From Chiloscyllium plagiosum (Eukaryota), in contig NC_057719.1 of NCBI RefSeq assembly GCF_004010195.1, forward strand, positions 1,774,395 through 1,830,829: a stretch of 56,435 bases of DNA, given 5' to 3'. The notes below the pieces were generated by a model that was given only the letters and a program-made list of their open reading frames with translations, ran no database searches and was not told where the DNA came from. Below are positions 1 to 13,330 of the stretch, one piece after another (positions within the stretch are counted from its first letter, which is position 1; each line of letters starts with the position of its first letter). Position numbers and translations under genes: made by a program.

Positions 1-1057
1 GGGAGAACGTGATAAGGTAAGGGAACTGTGGTTTACTACAGAAATTGTATCTCTTGTTAAGCGGAAGAGGAAGGCTTATGTGACGCTGAGGTGAGATGGT
101 ACAGATGAGGCGATGGAGAGTTACAGATCAGCGAGGAAGGATTTAAAGAGTGAGTTAAGAGCAAGGAGGGGACATGAGCAGTCTTTAGCAAATAGAATAA
201 AGGAGAACTCTAAAGCTTTCTATAGGTATGTGAGGAATAAAAGGATTACTAGGGTAGGAATGAGCCTGTCAAAGATAGAAATGGGAAGTTGTATGTAGAC
301 CCTGTGGAGATTGGAGGGGTGCTAAATGAATATTTCTCATCTGGTTTCACTCAGGAAAAGTAAAGTATTGTAGAGGAGAAGACTGAGATACGGGCTATTA
401 GACTAGAAAGGATTGAGGTTAGTAAGGAGGAGGTGTTATCAATTCTAGAAGATGTGAAAGTAGATAAGTTCCCTGGGCCGGATAGAATTTTTCCAAGAAC
501 TCTCTGGGAACTCGGGAGGAGATGCCTAGCCTTTGGCCTTGACCTTTGAGTCGTCATTGTCTATAGGTTTAGTAGACGGGAGGATTGTAAATGTTGTGCC
601 CTTGTTCAAGGGCAGCAGAGATGACCCAGGTAATTATAGACCAGTGAGCCTTACGTCTGTTGTAGGAAAAGTTTTGGAAAGGATTATAAGTGATAGGATT
701 TATAATCATCTAGCAAGCAACAATTTGATTGGAAATAGTCAACATGGTTTTGTCAAAGGCGGGTCGTGTCTCACAAACCTCATTGAGTGTTTTTGAGAAG
801 GTGACCAAGCAGGTAGATGAGGGTAGGGCAGTTGACGTGGTGTACATGGACATCAGTAAAGCCTTTGTTAAGGTTCCACATGGTAGGCTACAGGAGAAAA
901 TGCGGAGGCGTGGGATTGAGGGTGATTTAGCAGTTTGGATTAGAAACTGGCTTTCTGTAAGAAGCCAACAGTGGTAGTTGATGGAAAATATTCAGCCTGG
1001 AGTCCGGTTACTAGTAGTGTGCCATAAGGATCTGGTTTGGGACCACTGCTGTTTGTC
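1..1057 (+). mobile_element. CR1 LINE ORF2 fragment (pre-RT and N-terminal RT), frameshifted
   Basis: Translates to KENSKAFYRYVRNKR, NYRPVSLTSVVGKVLE, QHGFVKG.SCLTNL and AVDVVYMD.SKAF.KVPH. Ends at a GVP.GS.LGPLLFV-like motif. Confidence 0.93.
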
Positions 1058-1666
1058 AGAGCAAGGAATACAATGTCACAGCTGCAGCAAAGGTGCATAG
1101 AGAACAAGATCAGTGTTAAACTTAAAATTTGAGAGGTTCATTCAGAAGTCTGACAAAAGTGGGGAAGATACTGTTCTTGAAACTGTTTGTACACACTCTA
1201 TCGTATTGTGATCACTTATCCCTAAATGTTATTTTGCATCAACATTGTTGATTAGTCCTTTTTGAATTACTTAATACTAGTTATAGAATAACATGTTGTC
1301 TGGTTGGCTCTTCAATACACCTGCCCCATATTGTCACTACTATTTGGTGGCCCATAAATAGCTCCAATCAATGCTGGTTCCCTTCGATGTTTCTTAGTTC
1401 CACCCAAACAGATTCTACAAATTGTCCTTCCAGTCTGAGATCCTCCCCTGCAAGTGAACCAATCCCATCCCATACTATCAGTGCAATTGCACCTCCTGTC
1501 CTTTTTGTCTGTACTTCCTAGACGTCAAATGCTCTCGAATATTCAATTCCCAGCTCTGGTTGGCATGCAACCAAGATTCTGTCATAGCAATTCAGTCATA
1601 TCCATTAATCTGTATTCATACCTTTTGATCATCTGCCCTGATGCGAATGCTGCATGCAATCAAATA

Positions 1667-2225
1667 AGAGTCACAAAGATGTACAGTACGGAAACAGACC
1701 CTTTGGTCCAACTCGTCCATGCTGACACAATATCCTAAATTAATCTAGTCCCATTTGCCAGCATTTAGCCCATATCACTCTAAACCGTTCCTATTCATAT
1801 ACCCATCCAGGTGCCTTTTAAATGTTGTAATTGTACCAGCCTACACCACTTCCCCTGGCAGCTCATTCCATACATTCACCACCGTCCACGTGAAAAGTTG
1901 CCCCTTATGTCCCTTTTAAATCTTTTTACCCTATCCATGCCCCTCATGATTTTATAAATCTCTATAAGGTCACCCCTCAACCTCTGAAGCTCCAGGGAAA
2001 ACAGCCCCAGCCTGTTCAGCTTCTCCCTTAGCTCAAATCCTCCAACCCTGGCAACATCCTTGTAAATCTTTTCTGAACCCTTTCAAGTTTTGCAACATCT
2101 TTCCAATAGGAAGGAGACCAGAATTGCCCGCAATATTCCAACAGTGGCCTAACCAATGTCCTGTACAGCCACAACATGACCTCCCAACTCCTGTACTCAA
2201 TACTCTGACCAATAAAGAATATGGC
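1667..2225 (-). mobile_element. CR1 LINE 3' end
   Basis: Minus strand gives LYRTLVRPLLEYCGQFWSP...LERVQKRFTRMLPGLE. The 3' UTR is shared with other copies in the window. Confidence 0.9.
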
Positions 2226-3574
2226 CTTTTTGACACCATTCCATGTTTGAAGCATACTTGATGCTCAGTTTTATTTCTCCAGCCTGCCAGTCTCTCTCGC
2301 AGCTTTTCAACTTCCAATTGCACATTACTCTTTTGTGTGGTAGGCAGAATGATGTGAAAAAACATGGGAGGGAACGAGTAAAACTCAAACAGGGCCGGGG
2401 ACTGGAATGACAAATTGGCAAGTGTGGTGCGAGCATTCGTCAGGATGGTCAGTGGCACCATGCAGGCACCTGCGAGTGAAGTGGGTGCCCACTTCTGGTT
2501 TCACATTGATGCCAGTGGTGCAGACTTGGTGTCACAATGCAGTGGCAAGTGGTACGCCGTTTATTTGGATGGTATTCTAGTTTTGCAGTGTTGTGTAAAA
2601 TTTTTTCTTGTGTATTTTAATTTGGGGCATACAACTTTTGTCCAAGAGTAGCCCATAGTTGGCAGACTGGCCCCTTGGAACCCAGACAAATCAGACCTCC
2701 TTTATGATTCTCCTTCTGAATCGCTGGTTATTCCTGCTTGAATTTATTGAACCAGAGATTCGGAATAGGGCTTTACTAATTCTATTTTCATATTGCTTTA
2801 TAAATCCAAATTCAGAATCTTCTAGTGTCATTAACTTGAGATTTCTGCAAATGAATGGGAAAATGGATTTAACCCTTTAACATGAAGCAGTAATCTAAAA
2901 CAGGCAATGTTTGCGCACCACCACTGTGTGTTATTTATATTTTGTCAATGGTATTTAAAATTGCGAGATGTGTATGAAGAGAAACTACTGCAATATTTCC
3001 CACTTCAAAATTACCCTCAGTATTCTGGTCTCAGTATGCAGACCTCTCCAGGGTCTGTGTGTAAATGCAAAGGCTTGCAAAAACAAAACAAAACATCGAA
3101 TTGATGAGAGTGCAACATTTTGCAAGGAGTTAACAATCAGACTATCTCTTTCAGTGAAGTTAGCTGTGGGGGAAATATGGGCTACACAAGCATCTCTGAT
3201 ATTAACCACTCCATTGGTGGCTGAGCCTGAGCTCTGGAAATGCCATCCTAAGCCCCTCCACCTGTCTAGCTCCCCTTTCCATTTTTAAGACACCATTCAA
3301 GATCAGATTTTTTTGTCAAGTTGTTGGCTGGAACTCATGAAACTCCCCTGTCCTTGGAATGTTTACTGTTGCGTACAGTTGCGAGGGCATATTGGACCAG
3401 AGTTTTATCATTTCATCTGAAAAATGACATTTCCAACAGTACGTTACATTGCGTTGCTGCTACGTTGGTTTTAGGCACTTTTGCCTCTGACTGACAATCG
3501 ATGAGACTTGTGAAGCAAAGTTATTCAAGACCCTGCAAAATCAGGCTACAGGAATAGTATCCATAAGTGCTCAT

Positions 3575-3838
3575 CCAGGAACCTTTTCTTATTTGTTGAC
3601 AGGATGTGGGCAATACTGTCTGGGCCAGCATTTATTGCCCTTGAGAGGATGGTGGTGAACTGCTGTAGGGACATCATAATGCCCTTATGGAGGGAATTCC
3701 AGGATTTTGACCCAGCGACAATGAAGGAACATTGATGTATTTCCAAGTCAGGATGGTGAATGGCTCAAAGGGGAACTTGTAGGGGGTGGTGTTCCCATGT
3801 ATCTGCCGCCCTTGTCCTTCTAGATGGAAGTGGTCATC
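3575..3838 (-). mobile_element. 3' end of a second LINE family (CR1/L2 group), called family B here
   Basis: Reverse complement of the sequence at about 21340-21635 (aggacaagggcggcagatacatgggaacacc...caataaatgctggccc). Confidence 0.75.
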
Positions 3839-4170
3839 CAGGACAGCATAAAAACAAAAAAGAAAGCGTACAAGATTAGTGGGAAGCCAGAGGGTTGGAA
3901 AATCTTTTAAACCGAGGACAACTAAAAAAGCAGTAAGGAGAGAGATGATGAAATATGAGAGTCAGTTAGTAGTAATATAAAAGAAGAATGCTTTTAATAT
4001 CTAAAAAAAAAGTGGCTTTGGACTGCTGGAACATGAAGCTGGGTAATAAAGAAATGGTGGAGGAACTGAATAGGTACTTTGCCTCAGTTCTCACAGTGGA
4101 AGACACCAGCAACACACCAGAACTTCAAGAGGATCAGAGGTGAGAGTAGTGGCTACCATTCAGGAGGAGG
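3839..4170 (+). mobile_element. Degraded CR1 ORF2 fragment
   Basis: Similar to 16570-16930 (ggacagcat..aaa..., ttctcacagtggaagacacc). Confidence 0.7.
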
Positions 4171-6991
4171 TATGCATCTCCTGTTCTTTCAACAAAAATG
4201 CATCGAGCAAATGAGACAACGTCACGTCACATCAAAGTTTGCATAGTGAGTGTCTTGCTAAAGTACCCTGCTCTCCAGCATTGGGAGGTGCAGGATCTCT
4301 TGTACAGTTGCTTACTGGCTTATTCATTTATCTGTTTAACTGGCGCATGTGTGATTGCCAGGAAAAACCACAAAGGATCTGCAGATGAGGGAAATCAGAA
4401 ACCAGAAAATCAGAAAAGTGTTCTGAAGTAGGGTGATTGGACCTGGAAAATAAACTCTGATTTCTCTCCATAGGTGCTATCATGATTGCTAGAAATGTTT
4501 GTTCAGTCTACTTGTTCACAACTTCAAAAGTTGTTAACCTCATAATTATTTCTAATGCAAGATCTGACTCATCGACTCAGGTTGAGTTGTTTCATAATAA
4601 GTAAGCAAAGCTTTTAGGAAAAGTTGTGGGGGGCATCTTTAAACAGAGGAGTACTTTAATACTTTTCCACAAAAATAAATATTCTTACCGACTTAGCTGA
4701 TCTGGGGTATGTTATCATTGGTCCTGGTGACCATAGCCTGCTGCAATTCAATATATCCAGTGTTCAGGCTGGACAGCATGTGCATCCGGAAGATGATAGG
4801 AATTGGTGTCACTTTCTTACATGGGAAATATTAGTAAATCTAGCGAGGTTGCAGAATGTCATTATTATGGTCCATGCAAACTGACTCATCATCCTCCAAA
4901 GGAGGACACAAATGGGAGGGAGGGGGACTTAATTGTGATTTTGCACAGTATGCTGTAAGAAAACCGTATAATTTGATCATTCTGAAATTCTCCAGGGTGT
5001 TAATTAAAAGCTTCAGAGTATTGTATATCAAACATAGTGCTGCCTGGAACCTCAGAAGGGCTGGAATATTTACCATAACAGCAACAAGGGTTCCCAGATC
5101 TTGGCTGAGCTTTGTTAGCCAGTCAAGCTACTGTGTGTCCCTTGGCAGCTTTGAAAATGTTTCCTGTGGGCTGTCAGTAGTGAAATGAGTCCAAAACAGT
5201 TGGAGAGCACAGCAATTATCTTATGACTCACCTGCTGTCTTTCTTCCTATCTGTAACTTGCTGTCAGTTGGACGATGGGAACGGGAGGAGGCCATTCAGC
5301 CCTGTGACCTGAGTTTGCCATTCAGTTAGGCTGATCTGTAATTAATTTCTCTGACTGGATTATTGCATAACCCCTACACCTTTGACTAAAATCGATCAAT
5401 GTCAGTTGTTTTCATTTTAAACTTTACCCAAGGTTCTTTAGGAAGATAATTTCTGAGTTCCACTGATCTTTCTGTGCAAAATGCTTTCTGGGATCACCAT
5501 TGGCCAAGCTGGCTCATATTCCTGGGTATTTTCCCTTGTTCTGGTACAGCACCACTTTCACAAGGCCAACTAGGGATGGACAAGAAATATTAGCAACTAG
5601 CAATGTTCACCTCCCGTGAACAAATAACTTTAAAATATGTAGGGCTTTGTTTATTTAATGGGGCAATTTTTGCACTCAGATTTGGAGTTCCAAATTGGTA
5701 TTGTAGCCCCTTTCTGAAATATGCAGTATGTATTGTTGCCCTCCAAAACCCACCTGCCTGCCGAAAACCCTGCTCCGTACAGCTTTAGTGAAGCAGTCAA
5801 TGTGCAAGAGCATAATTGAGTTAAACCATACACCCTGCACTTTAACCCCAGTCAATAAAACACAATGGCTTTCACATTTGGATGAATATGAGGCCCCTTA
5901 AGTAGTGTATGAACGAGCTCCATCATGCTTTAAGGGCTAGTGTTAAGCAGACGGATACTAATACTTACAAGGCGTTTCTTTAGAAAAGTATACTGAAGCA
6001 TCTTTGTATTGAGTTTAAAAATAATATAACTTTGATAAAAATGAAAGAAGGTGAGTTTCCATCTCCAGAGCTTTTCAATCTGACTCCATGTTTTTTTCTA
6101 TGTATGATATACGATATTAAAGAAAGTTACTGACTTAGTCCCCTCTAACTCTTTAGAGGTGTGTCATAACTCCTGTTCTGTATACATTCATGCACACCAT
6201 ATGTACACACTCCATGGCAAAACTGACATTGTGCCATAGACAGGAAAACCACCTTGGTGGACAGGCTCGCAGCTAACTACTGTCCAGCATCTCTGGAAAG
6301 GTAGAGAGAAATTGGCATGCCTTTGTTGTCTGTCGGGGTCAAAGTGGGGATTTCATCGCAACCTATCTGGCTGGTTGAAGTCATTCACAGCGTCAGTGCT
6401 ATGGTCCTGACCTGGATGCAGGATAATGGGGAATGCAGAAGAATAAAGAACACAGAAGGATAACTTATTTATAATTCATTTATGAAACTCTCCAGTGCAC
6501 TCTCCCACTCCATCTTCCCTTTATTTGTGTGTGAGAGAGAATGGCAACACAGGAGCCTTCTCCTGCTGGTTTTGACAATAGTGTATAACGTGTGGTGCAG
6601 ACAAGCTGGCTGGCTACAGTGTGTGTAAGAGTTTAAAAAAAAACTTCAAGCACGGTTTGTAAGGGCCAGGAGTAGAATTTGCAAAAGGCATAATGAGCTC
6701 ACCTTAATGGTGGATGCTTTAGATATGTTGGAGTGTGAGGGGGGAGGTGAACGCGTGTTGTTTACTGCACAATTTGATGGATCCTATTGCGCTACCTTTG
6801 TGCTTTTTTAGTGAATATTTTGCTCCTCTTTCCTGCTCCCCTGAAGGTAGCTGTTTTATTTCACCCAACAGAGGCTTATTGATGTGTTGTCAAGCTGGTC
6901 CTGTAAGTTTCTGGGCATGGACACATTGGCACCATGCACATGAGTATACACACACACACTGGTTATATTTGTCTTCCTCTTCAGCCAAGGC

Positions 6992-7186
6992 TGTGGAGGT
7001 GCCAGTGTTGGACTGGGGTGGACAAAGTCAGAAGTCACGTGACACCAGCTTGTATTCCAACCGGTTTATTTAAAATCACAAGGTTTCATAGTCACTTCAC
7101 CGGACTAAGGAGGAATGCTTCGAAAACTTGTGATTTCAAATAAACCTGTTGAACTATAACCTGGGGTCATGTGTCTTGTGACTTTA
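6992..7186. mobile_element. Short inverted-repeat element, probably Penelope-derived, with a degenerate hammerhead in the loop
   Basis: Arm 7024-7087 is the imperfect reverse complement of 7122-7185. Same family as 17805-17947. Confidence 0.65.
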
Positions 7187-7698
7187 TTCAATCCAGGGCA
7201 CTGACATTGTGGGGAGTGTTCCCACTGATACCCTGGCTGAGATCAGCTAACCCCGGTCAGAGTAGGGGTTCAATCTGAGACCTTGTTGACCCAGCTACAG
7301 TTTGACACTGGGTAAACAATCATGAGGTGCAACAGTATAATATATTTGTTGTATTGTTTAAGATTAAAAGATAAGATCAAATCAAATGGACAGTTTGAAG
7401 AATAACATACATCACTCTTTCATGGAATTACCTGACAGCTGGAATGTGCCCTGAGCTAGGAAACCTTGATCACAAATTATTGCTGCGAGATCACTCGCTG
7501 GTGAATTTCCAGGACTTTGCAATCCCTGTGAAGCAGGACAGCTATCATTTTGTTGACTTTTAGAAATTATGAGCAGAAAAAACTGACATAGATAACATCA
7601 TGGCTGGTCTAGTTGTGGACTCTTGACTGCCGTGCACATCCTTGACTTCCTTTTCTGTGAAAAAAATCCATCTAACTCCGCCTTGAAAAATACTTTAA

Positions 7699-8000
7699 AT
7701 TAGATTACATTACAGTGTGGAAACAGGTCCTTCGGCCCAACAAGTCCACACCGATCCGCCGAAGCGCAACCCACCCATAACCCTACATTTACCCCTTACC
7801 TAACACTACGGGCAATTTAGCATGGCCAATTCACCTGACCTGCACATCTTTGGACTGTGGAAGGAAACCGGAGCACCCGGAGGAAACCCACGCAGACACG
7901 GAGTGAACGTGCAAACTCCGCACAGCCTGAGGCGGGAATTGAACCCGGGTCTCTGGCGCTGTGAGGCAACAGTGCTAACCACTGTGCCACCATGCCGCCC
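7699..8000 (-). mobile_element. HE1-type tRNA-derived V-SINE, near full length
   Basis: Minus strand shows an A box (TGGCACAGTGG), a B box (GGTTCAATTCC), a V-domain (gtgtctgcgtgggtttcctccgggtgctccggtttcc) and a CR1-like tail. Confidence 0.88.
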
Positions 8001-8020
8001 CAGGTCAGAAACAGAAGTAA

Positions 8021-8430
8021 GAGTAGGCCACTCAGGGCTTCAAGCCCCTCTGCCTTTCTGAGAGTTCATGGCTGATCTTCTATTTCAATGCCATTTCCTG
8101 GCACTGCCCCTGTATAGCCTCTTGATGTATTAAATACCTGGAAAGATATCAATCTCTGAGTTGAACGTGCACACTCTCAAACTAGGACTAGGGAATGTCA
8201 TTCATCTCCTGAGCCTGCTCGATTACTCACTGAGATCAAACTCTATTCCACATTCCCATCTATCCCCAATAATGTTCCTCTTGTACTCTTGCTTCCTCCT
8301 CCTCATGTCCTACATGGCTTAACCCTTATTCTGAGACTGTCACCCTTCGTCCTCGACCCTCCCAGCCCAAGGGGAAAATTCCTTCTTGCATCACTCGGTT
8401 TAGCCCTGTAAAAGGTTTATATGTATTAAT
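8021..8430 (-). mobile_element. Degraded CR1 3' end
   Basis: agaagtaagagtaggccactcag...ggctgatc...cccttattctgagactgt is a typical reverse-orientation CR1 tail. Confidence 0.55.
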
Positions 8431-8679
8431 TCAATGCCTTTGCTTTCACAACTTTCTGAGAATTTTTTCCTCATCTGTACCTTAAACTGTATTGCCTTGT
8501 TTTTGTCTACTCCACATGAAGAACATCCTCCTGGTATTCTCCTGAAAGAGGTCATTTTTGTTAGAGTAATTTTCCTCTAGTGAAGGGCACCAGAATACCT
8601 AATGCAAATAGCCAAGACCATCATAATGTTGTTATAGTAACAGCTATGGGTGGAAGGGGCATAAATAATAACATAAAGA

Positions 8680-9969
8680 CACCTCCTCCTACTGCCCCCT
8701 CGACCATGACCACACCCTCCATCACCAAACCATCATCTCCCAGACCATACAGAGCCTCATCACCTCAGGAGATCTCCCACCCACAACTTCCAACCTCATA
8801 GTCTGGAAACCCTGCACTGCCCGGTTCTACCTCCTTCCCAAAATCCACAAGCCTGACTACCCTGGCTGACCCATTGTCTCAGCAAGCTCCTGCCCCACCA
8901 AACACATCTCTACCTACCTCGATACTGTCCTATCCCCCCAATCCAGGATCTCCCCACATACGTTCGAGACACCACCCACGCCCTCCACCTCCTGCAAGAC
9001 TTCGTTTCCCCGGCCCTCAACGCCTCATCTTCGCCAGGGATATCCAATCCCTGTACACCTCCATCTGCCATGACCAGGGCCTCCCAGCCCTCCGTCTCTT
9101 CCTCTCCCGACGTCCCCAACAGTACCCTTCCACCGACCCACTCATTCGTTTGGCTGAACTGGTCCTCACCCTTAACAATTTCTCCTTTGAATCCTCCCAC
9201 TTCCTCCAGACCAAAGGGGTAGCCATGGGCACCCGTATGGGCCCCAGCTATGCCTGTCTCTTTGGTGGCTAGTGCTCCTGCGAGGAGGTTGAGCAATTCA
9301 TCAACTTCACCAACACATTGCACCCTGACCTTAAATTCACTTGGACCATTTCTGACACCTCCCTCCCCTTCCTGGACCTCTCCATCTCCACTAATGATGA
9401 CCAACTTGACATTGACATTTTTTACAAACCTAGCAACTCCCACAGCAAGGAGAAAGTGAGGACTGCAGATGCTGAAGAAGGGCTTATGCCCGAAACGTCG
9501 ATTCCCCTGCTCCTTGGATGTTGCCTGACCTGCTGCGCTTTTCCAGCAACACATTTTTTGACTCCTACAGCTACCTGGATTACACGTCTTCCCACCCTAC
9601 CTCCTGCAAAAATGCCATCCCATATTCCCAATTCCTCTGTCTCCAGCGTATCTGCTCCCAGAACACACCAGATGGCCTCCTTTAGAGACCACAATTTCCC
9701 TTCCCACGTGGTTAAAGATGCCCTCCAACGCATCTCGTCCACATCCCTCCCCTCCGCCCTCAAACCCCACCTCTCCAAATGTAACAAGGACAGAACCCCC
9801 CGGTGCTCACCTTCCACCCTACCAACCTTTGCATAAACCAAACCATATTTCCACCACCTCCAAACGGATCCCACCACCAGGGATATATTTCCCTCCCCAC
9901 CCCTTTCCGCCTTCCGCAAAGACCGTTCTCTCCGTGACTACCTGGTCAGGTCCACGCCCCCCTACAACC
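8680..9969 (+). mobile_element. Penelope-like element reverse-transcriptase remnant, disrupted, running into the gap
   Basis: Translates to ARFYLLPKIHKP, DIQSLYTSI.H, LVLTLNNFSF...QTKGVAMGTRMGPSYACLF, LKFTWTISDTSLPFLDL and YLDYTSSHP. The YxDD region appears deleted. Confidence 0.9.
9447..9560 (+). mobile_element. Short Penelope-terminus-derived insertion inside the RT remnant
   Basis: Flanked by actcccacagc (9436-9446) and actcctacagc (9561-9571). Contains CTGAAGA-A-GGGC-TTAT-GCCC-GAAA-CG-TC. Confidence 0.8.
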
Positions 9970-10942
9970 NNNNNNNNNNNNNNNNNNNNNNNNNNNNNNN
10001 NNNNNNNNNNNNNNNNNNNNNNNNNNNNNNNNNNNNNNNNNNNNNNNNNNNNNNNNNNNNNNNNNNNNNNNNNNNNNNNNNNNNNNNNNNNNNNNNNNNN
10101 NNNNNNNNNNNNNNNNNNNNNNNNNNNNNNNNNNNNNNNNNNNNNNNNNNNNNNNNNNNNNNNNNNNNNNNNNNNNNNNNNNNNNNNNNNNNNNNNNNNN
10201 NNNNNNNNNNNNNNNNNNNNNNNNNNNNNNNNNNNNNNNNNNNNNNNNNNNNNNNNNNNNNNNNNNNNNNNNNNNNNNNNNNNNNNNNNNNNNNNNNNNN
10301 NNNNNNNNNNNNNNNNNNNNNNNNNNNNNNNNNNNNNNNNNNNNNNNNNNNNNNNNNNNNNNNNNNNNNNNNNNNNNNNNNNNNNNNNNNNNNNNNNNNN
10401 NNNNNNNNNNNNNNNNNNNNNNNNNNNNNNNNNNNNNNNNNNNNNNNNNNNNNNNNNNNNNNNNNNNNNNNNNNNNNNNNNNNNNNNNNNNNNNNNNNNN
10501 NNNNNNNNNNNNNNNNNNNNNNNNNNNNNNNNNNNNNNNNNNNNNNNNNNNNNNNNNNNNNNNNNNNNNNNNNNNNNNNNNNNNNNNNNNNNNNNNNNNN
10601 NNNNNNNNNNNNNNNNNNNNNNNNNNNNNNNNNNNNNNNNNNNNNNNNNNNNNNNNNNNNNNNNNNNNNNNNNNNNNNNNNNNNNNNNNNNNNNNNNNNN
10701 NNNNNNNNNNNNNNNNNNNNNNNNNNNNNNNNNNNNNNNNNNNNNNNNNNNNNNNNNNNNNNNNNNNNNNNNNNNNNNNNNNNNNNNNNNNNNNNNNNNN
10801 NNNNNNNNNNNNNNNNNNNNNNNNNNNNNNNNNNNNNNNNNNNNNNNNNNNNNNNNNNNNNNNNNNNNNNNNNNNNNNNNNNNNNNNNNNNNNNNNNNNN
10901 NNNNNNNNNNNNNNNNNNNNNNNNNNNNNNNNNNNNNNNNNN
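9970..10942. other. Assembly gap (N run)
   Basis: 973 N bases. Confidence 1.
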
Positions 10943-11171
10943 GGGGAAGGGGAAATGAGGAAACTGTTGAAGTCCACATTGATGCCCTGGGTTGAAATGT
11001 TCCGAGGCAGAAGATGAGGTGTTCATCCTCCAGGCGTCTGGTGGTGAGGGAGCGGCTTTTGCCCGAAACGTCGATTTTACTGCTCCTTGGATGCTGCCTG
11101 AACAGCTGTGCTCTTCCAGCATTACTAATCTAGATTGTGGTTTCCAGCATCTGCAGTCCTTGTTTTTACCT
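10943..11171. mobile_element. Penelope-like fragment: GIY-YIG C-terminus on the minus strand joined to a plus-strand terminal repeat
   Basis: Minus strand reads RRLEDEHLIFCLGTFQP/GINVDFNSF. It is followed on the plus strand by gcccgaaacgtcgatttt...cagcatctgcagtc. Confidence 0.8.
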
Positions 11172-11421
11172 ATAAATATAACATATACATGTGTGTGCCC
11201 ATGTGTGGATACTTGTTCATGCCTGTGAGACAACCAAAGTCTATGTTAGTGCATGTGTTTGTGAGCTTTTGTGCAATAGGAGCACCCTCCAAACACATCA
11301 GAAATACCTGGTTTGTTTTCTTTCATTTAATACATTTGTTCACGTTTGGCCTTTGCTAGAAAGACTGGGATTTATTGCCCATTCCAAGTTGGTGAGCCAT
11401 CTTGAACTGCTGTTGATATGT

Positions 11422-12243
11422 AGAACATAGAACATGGGGCATTACAGCACAGGAGCAGACCCTTTGGCCATGCTGACCATGATGTCATTCTAAACAAACT
11501 CCATCTGCCTGCACATGGCCCATATGCCTCTAATCCTTACCTGGTTCATCTGTCTGTGTAAATGCAGCTTAACTGTTGCTGTCTTTTCTGCATCCACCAC
11601 CTCTCTGGCAGCATGATCCAGGCACCTACACATTCTGTGTACAAAAGGTTCCCTTGCACATCTTCTTTAAACATTCCGCCGCCTCCCCCCCCCCCGACGC
11701 CTCACCTTAAATCTCTGTCCCTTAATATTTGGCACTTCCACCCTGGGAAAAGGCTCTGACTATCCACGTTATCCATGATTCTCATAATTTTATTTACTTC
11801 TAACAAGTCGTCCCTCAGTCTCCGAAACTCTGGTGAAAATAATCCAAGTTCATCCAACCTCACATTATTGCTCCAATCCCGGTACCATCCTGGTAAATGT
11901 CTTCTGCACCCTCTCCAAAGCCTCCACTTCCTTCCTATAGTATGATGACCAGAATTGCATACAACACTCCAAGTGTGGCCTAATTAAAGTCTTATACAGC
12001 TGCAACGTCACTTTGCCAACTTATATACTCAATACCCAACCAATGAAGGCAAGTGTGTCACTTGGCTTCTTTACCACCTTATCCACTTTTAGGGAGCAAT
12101 GGACTTCTACCCCAGGATCCCTCTATATATAAATGCTCCCATTTACCATATACTTTCCTCTATATTTAACCTCCCAAAATGCATCACCTTACACTTGTAT
12201 GGATTAGACTCCATCTGCCATTTCTCCGCCCAACTTTCCAATA
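11422..12243 (-). mobile_element. CR1 LINE 3' region
   Basis: gaacatagaacat tail, gaccagaattgcatacaacactccaagtgtggcctaa, and actccatctgccatttctccgccc. Confidence 0.8.
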
Positions 12244-12789
12244 GTTTTTTTGTGTCATCTCAAACTTACTTGTGTACTGTAGATGGATCCACAGTGCTGT
12301 TATGGAGGTAGTTTGAGGATTTTGACCAAGTAGTGATGAAGGAGCAGCTGCTGATTTATTTGCTGGTAATGATGATATGTCATTGGAGAGAATTCAAAGG
12401 TACTGGTATTCCTATACACTTGCTTCCCTCGTCCTTATTGGTATTTTCATGGTATTTTTCAAAACATGGACCATTCCAACAGGGGCTGCAGAACAATAAG
12501 GAGCAGGAGCTCTGGCTGATTCCTTTTAAAACCAAGGATGGCAGAGGCATTATTTTGTAAGTCCTCCACTAATGAGTTGGCTATCAATTATTCCTTCAAA
12601 TTCACTGACATACTCCCCACAATGCTGTCCCCTTAAACATCAATAAATGACATCAGCCCGTCATTGAGACCATTGGAGTGATGTCAGCCCAAAGTTAAAT
12701 GAATCATTACTAGAATGTTATTGGTGCCCTAACTGCAGAAGATTGCTGATTTACATTTATGAGAGCTGAACCCACTCAGGTAATTACAG

Positions 12790-13330
12790 GCCTGTTCACA
12801 TCAGTGGGATGGAACATTTTGGAATCTGTACTTAACGTGAAGTAACTAAATATCTAAATGACAACAATACAATTAGAAAGAGCCAACATATATTTCAGAG
12901 AAAGGTCATACGTGACAAACTTCAGCGAGCTCTTTGTGAAGGCAACAGATATGGGGGAGTGGGGAAGCTGCAGTAGATATGGTAAGTGTGGTTGTTCAGT
13001 CTTCCATCACATACCACACAGCACAACACTAGCAACAGTCAATGAGTATGGAATTAGTGGAAGGCTAGCAGTTTGGATTAAAGGTAAGTCTGAACGGAGG
13101 AAACAGGGTGAAGGCTTATTTCTCAATATGCCTGTTGCCCAACAGAGTCCCATTAGGTTCTGTGTCCCTTCATGGTGTCCATCAGTTGGATAGAGGACCA
13201 GGGAGTAATGTTCAGTGTTGCTGCAATTGTAAAATAAGAGGTTATAGTTAAATACATTCTGAGGGTAAACAAAACTGGAACGACATGTTGATAAGGTGGT
13301 GCGAAAGATAGAAAATAGATTTGAAATGTC
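12790..13330 (+). mobile_element. Highly degraded CR1 RT fragment
   Basis: Remnants of the S.VTN..E.F, GISG.LAVWI and V.QQS..G motifs. Confidence 0.5.

Noticed and set aside
7930..8000. tRNA gene
   Set aside because: The A and B boxes belong to the SINE head and run directly into the V-domain. I see no complete cloverleaf.
9718..11233. Long ORFs of 343-425 aa
   Set aside because: They are artefacts of translating through the N gap.
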